From the IMG/VR virus record IMGVR_UViG_3300006217_001617: a DNA stretch of 64,000 nucleotides. One strand, 5' to 3'. Position numbers and translations under genes: made by a program. The notes under the pieces are model-generated. The model had not been told where the DNA came from. It saw only the letters and a list, made by a program, of their open reading frames with translations, and did not search any database. Source of the DNA: an uncultured virus (IMG/VR IMGVR_UViG_3300006217_001617). Its lineage: Duplodnaviria; Heunggongvirae; Uroviricota; Caudoviricetes. Positions 1-8,044 of the stretch are shown here, piece after piece (positions within the stretch are counted from its first letter, which is position 1; the number at the start of each line of letters is the position of its first letter).

Positions 1-235
1 TCCCAAGTGACCCAAGCCAGGCTGGATCGTACTCCCAGCACGGCCCCAGCATATTCCCAGCGCCCGGCTGGAGGTTCAATACCATAATCCTGTGGTTCTT
101 CAATCTCGATGATCGACTGGAGGACTGTCTTAAAATCTTTCCCTTTTGAGCTTGAAAGGCATCCGATGACGTTCTCCCATGCCATAAATCTGGGCCGAAC
201 AAACTGAGCTGTTCGCCCTCGCTGTTTGTCTGCAT
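1..235 (-). CDS. Alternate-frame ORF nested in the methyltransferase (MQTNSEGEQLSLFGPDLWHGRTSS...), partial
   Basis: AAGGAG RBS 7 nt upstream of ATG at 235; frame open to the window edge; contains QLSLF. Confidence 0.55.
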   Translation of the reverse strand, partial: MQTNSEGEQLSLFGPDLWHGRTSSDAFQAQKGKILRQSSSRSSRLKNHRIMVLNLQPGAGNMLGPCWEYDPAWLGSLG

Positions 236-541
236 TTCTCATCTCCTTCACAATGCGGATTTGTTCCATGAAAAGGCCGGAACGCGACCCGGCAAGACCG
301 GCACGCGCGCCGGCCACCGACAGTCCTGGCACGGGGAACCGCCGCAAATAATGTCAACCGGCGGCAATTCCGCGCCATTCAGCTTTGTAATGTCACCGAC
401 GTGAATCATTTCGGGGAAGTGCTGTTTCGTGACTTCAATCGGAAACGGTTCGATTTCGCTTGCCCAAACAGGCGTGATTCCGCTGCGAACAGCCGCCAGA
501 GGAAAGCCGCCGATGCCGTCAAACAAGCTGCCTAAAGTCAA
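1..541 (-). pseudogene. dcm: C5 cytosine DNA methyltransferase, 1-nt frameshift near 320-325, runs off the window edge
   Basis: Motif I (SLFDGIGG) and motif IV (GGSPCQD) are in one frame. SVAGARAGLAGSRSGLFMEQ and motif VI (WENV) continue in another frame. The sequence reads GACTG where GACCTG is expected. May be a real lesion or a sequencing error. Confidence 0.8.
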
Positions 542-546
542 GGTTT

Positions 547-912
547 TTACCCCAAGGACATCCCCATCCCTTTCGTAGCTGCGAAGTCGACTTCCAGAAT
601 ATCCTCTGCATTGATTTGATGGACAGGGATGCCAAGCTGCTCTGCCAGCTCTTTTTCATTCGCCATACCTTCGCTGATGCGGTCGCCGCAAAGCCACAGC
701 TCATCGCACAGTTCCAGCATCTGGTTCCCCATGTCGATGCCGATCTGACGGTCGGCGGGATTGCTGTCGTCGAGCATCTGCGTGTACAGCAGGTGCGGCG
801 CGAACGGAGTAACCTCCTGTTCGATTGCGAAACGGCACGCCTTTCGCGCAAATTCAAGGTTTTGCTCTACATCGCCGGACAGCGGCGACGCGATATAAAC
901 CAGAGGTTTCAT
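547..912 (-). CDS. DUF4406/nucleoside 2-deoxyribosyltransferase-like protein
   Basis: VYIASPLSGD...APHLLY...CDELW...SEGM..E pattern; GAAAGGAG RBS before MKPLVY. Confidence 0.75.
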   Translation of the reverse strand: MKPLVYIASPLSGDVEQNLEFARKACRFAIEQEVTPFAPHLLYTQMLDDSNPADRQIGIDMGNQMLELCDELWLCGDRISEGMANEKELAEQLGIPVHQINAEDILEVDFAATKGMGMSLG

Positions 913-937
913 CTGCTCTCCTTTCTGAGATTTGATT

Positions 938-1144
938 TTAAGACAGTGCTGCACCGTGCAGCGGTGACGCAAAATAACGACAGCAGCATGCCAGCCCCGT
1001 CTGCTGATTGAGCGCTTTTGCCGTTTCCTGCGCCTGTTCGCGTGACTCGAAAACAAGCTTTCTGCCGCACAAATCGGTACACCAGCTTTGCATTTCTCCC
1101 CACACGGAATTGCCGTTTGTCTTAACCAAAACGCCGTATTTCAC
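938..1144 (-). CDS. Small hypothetical protein
   Basis: Co-oriented 68-aa ORF filling the operon gap; GTG start with purine-rich upstream sequence. Confidence 0.5.
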   Translation of the reverse strand: MKYGVLVKTNGNSVWGEMQSWCTDLCGRKLVFESREQAQETAKALNQQTGLACCCRYFASPLHGAALS

Positions 1145-1167
1145 GACTTATTCCATCCCTTCCGTAC

Positions 1168-2064
1168 TTATTTGAACGCTGCGGCGACCGCTTTCGTGGT
1201 GTTGACCGCCGCCTGCGCGGTATACACGGCGCTCATGATGTTGGCGCGGGTCGTGGTGTCCAGACCGAACGTCCCGGCGATTCGCGGCACCTCGCCTGCG
1301 GAAAGCATCAGGCCAATCCCGAGCAGGGCATGGTCTTTGAAGACCATAAGCCCCGCCACGAGAATTGTTGCCTGTAAAAACGCCGTCAGGCACAAGCCAA
1401 TTACCTGCTTCATCCATTGCGTAAAACCATCGATATATCCTCTCGGAATACTAAACATATACAACGATCCGACCGCAATTTGGATGAGTAGGATACCGCC
1501 GCGCTTGAGGTTCGCAAAGAACACTTTTATGACAGCATAAGCCATCAAAATAATGCAGAAAATCAGCATGACCCCGCTGGTAATCGCGTGCAGCCCAAAT
1601 CTTGAGCCTACCATTGCGGCTTCCAGCGTGTCGGTTGTCTGCAATTCCTCAATAATTCTTGTTCCGACACTTCCAATGCTCTCACCAGAGCCAGCAAGTC
1701 CGGTGGTCATCAGCCCTTGCAGCGATACCGAAAGAGCGTATAATCGGACAGGCACGACTGAAAACAAACTGACTGCCATAAAGCCTTTGATTGCGTTCAA
1801 GGCTGTCTGCTGGATGTTGCCGCGTCCTGCCGAGTATTCAATTCCGCACTCGAAACAGGCCACTACAAGGCTAACACCGAACAAAGCCCATCCGAGTTGC
1901 ACAAAGAAAAGAACAATCGCCTGCACCCAGCCCATTTCGAACAATTCCACGCCCATATTGCCCATTTCCGCAAAGAAATTACCGAGAAAACCAACAATCT
2001 GGCTGTACAACCAGTCAAGAAGATTGTCCATGACCGTGGATGCAACAAATTCCCATATAAAAAT
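1168..2064 (-). CDS. Polytopic membrane conjugation protein (VirB6/TrbL-like)
   Basis: Many hydrophobic helices; ICE context next to a pilin-like gene. First ATG is at 2031, but the SD-positioned codon is ATT at 2064. Confidence 0.7.
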   Translation of the reverse strand: MFIWEFVASTVMDNLLDWLYSQIVGFLGNFFAEMGNMGVELFEMGWVQAIVLFFVQLGWALFGVSLVVACFECGIEYSAGRGNIQQTALNAIKGFMAVSLFSVVPVRLYALSVSLQGLMTTGLAGSGESIGSVGTRIIEELQTTDTLEAAMVGSRFGLHAITSGVMLIFCIILMAYAVIKVFFANLKRGGILLIQIAVGSLYMFSIPRGYIDGFTQWMKQVIGLCLTAFLQATILVAGLMVFKDHALLGIGLMLSAGEVPRIAGTFGLDTTTRANIMSAVYTAQAAVNTTKAVAAAFK

Positions 2065-2101
2065 GGTGATTCACCTCGTTTCGCGTAGTTTTTCTTCTGT
2101 T

Positions 2102-2455
2102 TTACAGGCCAACAATGCCCCAGATGTAGTTAGGCGCAGTCAGCGTGAACACAAGGCAGGCGAACAGAATCGCAGGGCCAGTCCATTCAAATTGGCCGTG
2201 TTTTCGATAGTCGAAATACGACATACCGAGTTTGCCGAAAAACGCGATTGCGAGGATCATATCGAGCGCCGGAAACACCACGTCATTGACGACCGACTTG
2301 ATCTGCGCGGATGCGCCCTGCCACGCCTGCGAAATTGCGCCGGACACATCGCCGCTGCCGTCGCCTGTGGTGGCGAACGCTGGAATACAGAACAGCGCCG
2401 CTACCGCGAGAGTCAGAGCAATCACGCGAACGGCTTTCTTCCAATATTTCTTCAT
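2102..2455 (-). CDS. Pilin/VirB2-like membrane protein (DUF3852-like)
   Basis: Signal peptide ending PAFA plus two TM helices; YRKHGQFEW motif; GGAGG RBS. Confidence 0.7.
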   Translation of the reverse strand: MKKYWKKAVRVIALTLAVAALFCIPAFATTGDGSGDVSGAISQAWQGASAQIKSVVNDVVFPALDMILAIAFFGKLGMSYFDYRKHGQFEWTGPAILFACLVFTLTAPNYIWGIVGL

Positions 2456-2476
2456 GCTTTACCTCCATGAACAGGC

Positions 2477-2505
2477 GGAAGGGCCGCCCTTTGGACAGCC
2501 CTTCC
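2477..2505. terminator. Hairpin between adhesin 3' end and pilin-like gene
   Basis: GGAAGGGC...GCCCTTCC inverted repeat; no clear U-tract. Confidence 0.4.
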
Positions 2506-2533
2506 TGTGTGAATGATTATATATTGATTTGCA

Positions 2534-5470
2534 TCAATATCCAGTTCTGGGCAGCGGCTGGGACGGCTTATAAACCGTGGTTACCCAGCGGTCAGTCGCC
2601 ATGATCCACTGTCCATTGTGAATGCCGCCGACATCCGCCTGATTCACAAACTGGGAGTCGCCGGTGAGCCAGGAGCCGACGTTGCAGATGACCTGCGCCG
2701 CGTCCGCCATCCGGAAGTTCGCGGGGACAACGCCAAACACCACCATAAATTCGGTGACGCACTCATCCGAACCGAGGTTCAGCGCTGCAGGGGACGCATC
2801 CAAAACATAACTCTGCATTGTGCTCAGATTGTCTGCCAGCGTGCGGTAATCCTGCGAATTGTTGGTCTTGTAAACGATCTTGTAATTTCCCTGCACATTG
2901 TATGTGCCAGTCACGATTTTATCGAGCCGCACAGCTGTAGTCGGCAGGGTATCGCGCCAGTAGAATGAGGTCAGAGAATCCGTCGAATTGTTCGCAATAT
3001 TGCTGATATCGTACTTGATCTGCTGCCCAGGCATGACCTGCGTGTAGCCGCGCTTCGTGATGGAAACATTCGTATACACAGCCTTATTGGTCACCGCCAG
3101 CCGCACGATCTGACCAGCAAACTCGATTTCCGTGTCAATCGGCGTGCTGTTCAAGCCATAGAATTCTGCCGCCTGCGTCTCCTTGACGGAATAGCGTCCG
3201 AGGGGCAGAGGCCGCGAGCTTGCGATGCCGTTTTTGTCTGTTTTAATCGTATCCACAAGGTTATTTGCCCTGTCATAGATTTCAAAGACAACGTTCGGCA
3301 GAGGAGTGCCAGCCGCCCAACCATTCATGGTGTTGTAGTCCTCCGAGGTCTTGGTGATCTGAATCTGACCGGTAATCGGCGTGTTCTTCCACTCGATTTC
3401 AGTCGTTTCTCCGGGCTTCACATAGACCGTTTTTGTCTGCGTGTCTACGATGTAACCCTGATTTTCCAGCTCCTTCAGATAGACCTTGCCGGACAGGTCG
3501 AGTGTATTTATATACGCATAGCCGTCCTGATCGGTCGTGAATTGGTCAATCGGATTGTGGTTTCCATCGTACAGCAGGAAGGTCACGCCGTAGATGCCCT
3601 TGCCAGTTACCGAATCGATCTTGTGGAGCAGGATGCCCGAAAAACGCTTGTTCGTGACGGTCAGCGTCGTGGTTTCGCCGTCCTTCACGGTGAAGTAGTG
3701 CGGCGTGGAATCAATTTTGAAACCCTCGCCAGCTCTGATTTCAACCGCGTAGTAATCGCCAGCATCCAGCGGAACATGGACACGGCCGTTCTCATCGGTT
3801 GTAACCGTTTTTACCAGACCGCCGTCCATTCTGCGGATCTCAAAAGTCACGTTCGGAATCCGTTCAGACTGATTCGCTTCGTTGACCTTGACGAGCTCCA
3901 ACCCGCCTGCCGGAGCGTTGTAAAAATACAGCGTTTGAGTATCGTCTGTATTGACAACCACGGTCTGGCTGCGGCTCGCTTCGTCGATGGTGTAGCCGTC
4001 GATTGTCGCGACTTCCGTTACCACATATGTGTTCGGCGCAAGTCCCGGAAGCACAATCTGGCCTTCTTCATTGGTGAAATACAGACCGTTCGAGGAAGTT
4101 TTCCCATCATTTGCGGGTACAAACGTGCCGTCAGCGGTTGTGATCTTGAACTGAACACCCTTTAGCGGTTTCTTGGTGACGCTATCCAGCTTCTGCACAA
4201 TCAGACCACCAAGCGGCTGGTTATAGAAATCCAAAATGTACAGCTGATGATCCTTAATCTGTATCGTTTTAGGAGTGGAATCAAGCAAGTAACCAGTCTT
4301 GGCTTTCAGCTCAGAGACGACGTAACTACCCGGTTCGAGATCGGGAAGCGAGATGTAACCCTGCGCGTCCGTCTGGTATTCACCGTTGGAGTTTCCGACG
4401 ACGGTTCCGTCCGTGCGGGTAATTTTGAACACCACATCAGAGATCGGTTCTTTCGTAGAAGCATCCATTTTGCGAATCAGAAGCCCGCCCAAAGGCTCAT
4501 TCTCGAAGGTGATTTCCTGCGTCTTGCCAGCTTCCATTTTGATGGTTTTGACCGTATTATCGAGACGATAACCGTCCTTTGCCTGCAATTCCGCAATAGT
4601 GTAGTCGCCGTTCGGCAGATGGTCCAAGCGGATAACGCCATTTACATCCGTCGTGTACTCGCCCTCCGGATAGGGATTGCCGTTGCACCCTTGAATCTTG
4701 AACTGGACGCCATCAATCGGTTCGCGGGTAACACTATCAATTTTCTTGATTATCAGGCATCCTTTCTTCGTGTTTGTGAACGTAAGCGTCTGCTGGTCGT
4801 TCGCTTCCACAACCACAGTCTGCGGGGCTGCGTCCAGCACATAATCGTCAAGGGTGCGCGTTTCCGTCACCGTATAAGTGCCTGGTTTCAGCTGCGAAAT
4901 TTCGATCTGACCGGCTTCGTCGGTGACGTAAATGCCATTTGTAGAAGTCATTCCCTCATTGTCGGCAACCAACTCGCCGTTTGCGGTTGTGATCTTGAAT
5001 TCGACGCCTGCAAGCGGTTCGCCGGTCTGGCTGTCCTTTTTCACAATCAGAAGGCCACCTTTCGGGGCATTGAATACCTCGAGCACATAGGTCTGGTGAT
5101 CCTTGATTGTAATGGTTTTCGGGCTGTCATCCAGCAAATATCCAGGCTTCGCCTGCAATTCTGTGATAATGTAGCTGCCCGGTTCAAGGTTCGGAAGCGA
5201 GATATAACCCTGCTCGTCCGTCCGGAATTCGCTGTTAATTGTGCCAACCGTGCTTCCGTCTGCATGGATGATACGGAAAATAACGTCCGAAAGCGGCTCT
5301 TTGGTCTTGGAATCCATCTTTTTCAGAAGGAGTCCGCCAAGCGGTTCGTTCTCAAAGGTGATTTCCTGCGTTTTTCCGGCTTCCATCCTGATGGTTTTGA
5401 CCGTGTTATCGAGGCGATATCCACCCTTCGCCTGCAATTCCGCGACGGTATAATCGCCGTCCGGTAACAT
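2534..5470 (-). CDS. 3' fragment of the split giant SpaA/CnaB-repeat adhesin, ending LPRTGY*
   Basis: Repeated KxD...G..F...TD..G...L.PG.Y.V.E..A..GY domains; begins mid-repeat at the prophage junction; no signal peptide. Confidence 0.9.
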   Translation of the reverse strand: MLPDGDYTVAELQAKGGYRLDNTVKTIRMEAGKTQEITFENEPLGGLLLKKMDSKTKEPLSDVIFRIIHADGSTVGTINSEFRTDEQGYISLPNLEPGSYIITELQAKPGYLLDDSPKTITIKDHQTYVLEVFNAPKGGLLIVKKDSQTGEPLAGVEFKITTANGELVADNEGMTSTNGIYVTDEAGQIEISQLKPGTYTVTETRTLDDYVLDAAPQTVVVEANDQQTLTFTNTKKGCLIIKKIDSVTREPIDGVQFKIQGCNGNPYPEGEYTTDVNGVIRLDHLPNGDYTIAELQAKDGYRLDNTVKTIKMEAGKTQEITFENEPLGGLLIRKMDASTKEPISDVVFKITRTDGTVVGNSNGEYQTDAQGYISLPDLEPGSYVVSELKAKTGYLLDSTPKTIQIKDHQLYILDFYNQPLGGLIVQKLDSVTKKPLKGVQFKITTADGTFVPANDGKTSSNGLYFTNEEGQIVLPGLAPNTYVVTEVATIDGYTIDEASRSQTVVVNTDDTQTLYFYNAPAGGLELVKVNEANQSERIPNVTFEIRRMDGGLVKTVTTDENGRVHVPLDAGDYYAVEIRAGEGFKIDSTPHYFTVKDGETTTLTVTNKRFSGILLHKIDSVTGKGIYGVTFLLYDGNHNPIDQFTTDQDGYAYINTLDLSGKVYLKELENQGYIVDTQTKTVYVKPGETTEIEWKNTPITGQIQITKTSEDYNTMNGWAAGTPLPNVVFEIYDRANNLVDTIKTDKNGIASSRPLPLGRYSVKETQAAEFYGLNSTPIDTEIEFAGQIVRLAVTNKAVYTNVSITKRGYTQVMPGQQIKYDISNIANNSTDSLTSFYWRDTLPTTAVRLDKIVTGTYNVQGNYKIVYKTNNSQDYRTLADNLSTMQSYVLDASPAALNLGSDECVTEFMVVFGVVPANFRMADAAQVICNVGSWLTGDSQFVNQADVGGIHNGQWIMATDRWVTTVYKPSQPLPRTGY

Positions 5471-5485
5471 ACAATTAGTACACTT
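5445..5485. other. Prophage junction (att site, lysis-side end), core TCCGG at 5460-5464
   Basis: Adhesin repeat homology stops abruptly after TCCGG; same core at 43556-43560. Confidence 0.9.
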
Positions 5486-5491
5486 ATTTAA

Positions 5492-5526
5492 AACAACTGC
5501 CCAGTCATATTACTAGGCAGTTGTTT
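5492..5526. terminator. Bidirectional intrinsic terminator at the prophage end
   Basis: AAACAACTGCCCAGT-CATATT-ACTAGGCAGTTGTTT stem, T-rich 3' side on both strands. Confidence 0.7.
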
Positions 5527-5598
5527 CTTGCGTCTGAGGATTCTGTTTCTAAACTTGATGGCACAATAAACAAATTTACGAATGTATTTTTGTTTAAC

Positions 5599-5654
5599 AT
5601 TATATACTCAATTGACTATTTTCTATTGACAGAATAGTCAATTGAGTATATAAT
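5599..5654 (+). promoter_or_regulatory. Consensus sigma70 promoter overlapped by a perfect 22-bp inverted repeat (operator-like)
   Basis: TTGACA (5626)-17 bp-TATAAT (5649); ATTATATACTCAATTGACTATT at 5599-5620 and its reverse complement at 5633-5654. Confidence 0.85.
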
Positions 5655-5685
5655 AGAATCATAAAGAACAGGGAGGACAAAGAAA

Positions 5686-6009
5686 ATGATGTTGACAGCT
5701 GATGTAATCGCAAAGGTCAAGGAAATGGCAAATGACCCGTATCGCGAATACGAATATATTGGTGTTCGAGTTCAAGAGCAAGAGTTTGAACTTGGAGAAA
5801 TGGATCACGTATCTCATGTTTGGGATAACGGAGACGATACGGGCGAGGAACTTAATGGTGTTTGCGCTCTTAAAGCGGACGCCCTCGAACTCGCGGAAAT
5901 GTACTTTGGAGAGCACGCGGCAATTATCGCCGGAAACTCTATTGAATACGGGGAAGACGTTGGAGAAATTATTATCTCCGATGCAGTTGTCATTGAAATT
6001 TTAGCATAA
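5686..6009 (+). CDS. Small highly acidic protein (candidate DNA mimic/anti-defence)
   Basis: GGGAGG RBS; about 25 D/E versus 5 K/R in 107 aa. Confidence 0.8.
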   Translation: MMLTADVIAKVKEMANDPYREYEYIGVRVQEQEFELGEMDHVSHVWDNGDDTGEELNGVCALKADALELAEMYFGEHAAIIAGNSIEYGEDVGEIIISDAVVIEILA

Positions 6010-6020
6010 CAGGAGGCAAA

Positions 6021-6305
6021 ATGATGCGCAGAAAATATGGAGACTGCCAGCGCATTGACGGTGACTGCACAAAATGCGATCTCGTCAGCTATGGCCGGGA
6101 TTGCCATAACCGGCCAATCACAAAAATGGAATGGTGCAGGATGGCTGCCGGGCTGTCACAAAAGGAACTCGCCCAAAAAAGCGGAATCCACCCTGCCCAA
6201 TTGCAAAAAATCGAGGCGGGCACACGGGAGGCCGGGAAGATGGAAGCCAGTACGCTGCTGTCAATTGCGGACGTACTTGGAGTGCATCCGCGGGACCTGA
6301 TATGA
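6021..6305 (+). CDS. XRE-family HTH regulator with Cys-rich N-terminus
   Basis: GLSQKELAQKSGI...LQKIEAG...IADVLGV HTH pattern; four N-terminal Cys; AGGAGG RBS. Confidence 0.85.
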   Translation: MMRRKYGDCQRIDGDCTKCDLVSYGRDCHNRPITKMEWCRMAAGLSQKELAQKSGIHPAQLQKIEAGTREAGKMEASTLLSIADVLGVHPRDLI

Positions 6306-8023
6306 AAGCAAAGGATTTGACCGGTCAAAGGTTTGGGAAGCTCACCGTTTTGAGTTTAGCGGAGCCTGTATACACAAAAGCAGGGAAACCAGCTCGCCGC
6401 TGGAATTGCCGATGTGATTGCGGTAATGAGCTGGTAGTTCTGCAAAGCTCCCTGACATCTAAAAACGGAACCAGGAGCTGCGGGTGCTCCAGAAGCGATT
6501 ATCAGCGGGCGCACATGGAGGACTTAACAGGCAAGCGCTTCGGACGCCTTATTGTACTCAGCCAGGAGGATTTGCCGGAGAAACAAAGCAACGGCAACAC
6601 GGTCGGATGGCGTTGCCGTTGCGACTGCGGGAAAGAGATAGTCGCAACACGTAAACAACTCGTAAATCAAGGATTGAAAAGTTGTGGCTGCCTCTTGTCA
6701 GATACAGCAAGAGATAAAATAAAAAACAACGTATTACGCCATTACAAGGGGACAACGATATCGGCAATTAACCCGAATCGAAGCCCCAATAGAAACAACA
6801 CATCCGGCGTAAAGGGTGTATATTGGTCAAAAAGCGAGAAGAAATGGACTGCAAAAATCGGATTACAAAATAAAAGCATAACCATTGGAAGATTTGATAC
6901 GCTGGAGGATGCAGCAAAAGCAAGGGAGCAGGCCGAGAAGGACATCCACGCCCCTATTATTGCGGAATACGAAAGCGACTCACGTTGCGGTAAGCCTTCA
7001 AAAGAAGAATGCACTGAAATACGTGGGGAGGATTTGACCGGAAAGCGGTTTGGTAAGTTAATTGTCTGGGGAATTGATGAACCTCATTATACATCCAGCG
7101 GAAAACGTCTCAAACAATGGAAGTGCCGCTGCGATTGCGGAAATGAAATATCCGCATTACACCAGGCCCTAAAGCAAGGCGAAATAACAAGCTGCGGATG
7201 TAATGCAAAAAGATATCAAATGAATGAGAGAAAGTATCCGAAAGACTTATCCGGTCTGCGTTTTGGCCGCCTAACAGTTTTAGAGCGGAGAGACAACAAA
7301 TCGGCGAAAGAGCCGTACATGCACGCATATTTGTGCCGTTGCGATTGCGGCACGGAAAAGGTTGTAAGCCGTGTCGCATTGCTGAATGGGAGCACGAAAA
7401 GCTGTGGATGCCTGCGGAAAGAAAACGGAAAAGAAAAGCCCTTAAAAAATTTCAAATTTTTTAAGGGCACGTGTATATCCGCCATTAAAGCCACAGGATT
7501 GACTGCCGCAAATACAAGCGGTGCGCGTGGGGTTACAAAAAATAAAAATGGCAGATACGTTGCTTACATAGGATTCCGCAACAAAACGAGGTACCTCGGA
7601 AGTTTTGATACCCTGGAAGAGGCTGTCGCTGCGAGGTACGCGGCAGAAAGATTGATTTATGATGACGTTATAGGGGAATACGACTCGCAGAATGCAAGTG
7701 GCGCCCCGCAGAACGATGTTGAAAAAAATGAAGATCCGTCCGAATTAACGGAACCGAAAGAAGATGATCCGCAGGGGAGCGAAGACCGCCCCGCAGTTAA
7801 AAAGAAAAGGGGGAGAACGCCAAAAGACATTACAGGGGAGCGGTTTGGCAAGCTGGTTGCGCTGCATCCGGCAGGATACTCGTTACACGTCAGTGTGGTC
7901 TGGACTTGTCAATGTGACTGCGGAAACACTGTAGATGTAAAATTAAACCATCTTACATCAGGTCACACGCGACAGTGCAGGGAATGCGGAAAAGCGGCAA
8001 AAAGGAGGTCACCCCAACAGTGA
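6302..8023 (+). CDS. AP2-domain protein with five DLTGxRFGxL...CxCDCG zinc-binding repeats
   Basis: Two NTSGxxGV...G.FDTLE.A..AR..AE AP2 motifs; ATGA overlap with the HTH gene stop. Confidence 0.85.
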   Translation: MKAKDLTGQRFGKLTVLSLAEPVYTKAGKPARRWNCRCDCGNELVVLQSSLTSKNGTRSCGCSRSDYQRAHMEDLTGKRFGRLIVLSQEDLPEKQSNGNTVGWRCRCDCGKEIVATRKQLVNQGLKSCGCLLSDTARDKIKNNVLRHYKGTTISAINPNRSPNRNNTSGVKGVYWSKSEKKWTAKIGLQNKSITIGRFDTLEDAAKAREQAEKDIHAPIIAEYESDSRCGKPSKEECTEIRGEDLTGKRFGKLIVWGIDEPHYTSSGKRLKQWKCRCDCGNEISALHQALKQGEITSCGCNAKRYQMNERKYPKDLSGLRFGRLTVLERRDNKSAKEPYMHAYLCRCDCGTEKVVSRVALLNGSTKSCGCLRKENGKEKPLKNFKFFKGTCISAIKATGLTAANTSGARGVTKNKNGRYVAYIGFRNKTRYLGSFDTLEEAVAARYAAERLIYDDVIGEYDSQNASGAPQNDVEKNEDPSELTEPKEDDPQGSEDRPAVKKKRGRTPKDITGERFGKLVALHPAGYSLHVSVVWTCQCDCGNTVDVKLNHLTSGHTRQCRECGKAAKRRSPQQ

Positions 8024-8038
8024 GGTGACCTCCTTTTT
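8000..8038. terminator. Bidirectional terminator between the AP2 gene and the endolysin
   Basis: AAAAGGAGGTCACC...GGTGACCTCCTTTTT between convergent genes. Confidence 0.85.
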
Positions 8039-8044
8039 GTGCTG

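Noticed and set aside
2534..5470. 978-aa ORF as an independent adhesin gene
   Set aside because: It starts mid-domain at the att core with a phage-derived ATG, and has no SD or signal peptide. It is the 3' half of the split gene.
6131..6301. N-terminal 57 aa of the 630-aa ORF
   Set aside because: It overlaps the HTH gene out of frame; the ATGA-coupled start at 6302 begins exactly at the first repeat.
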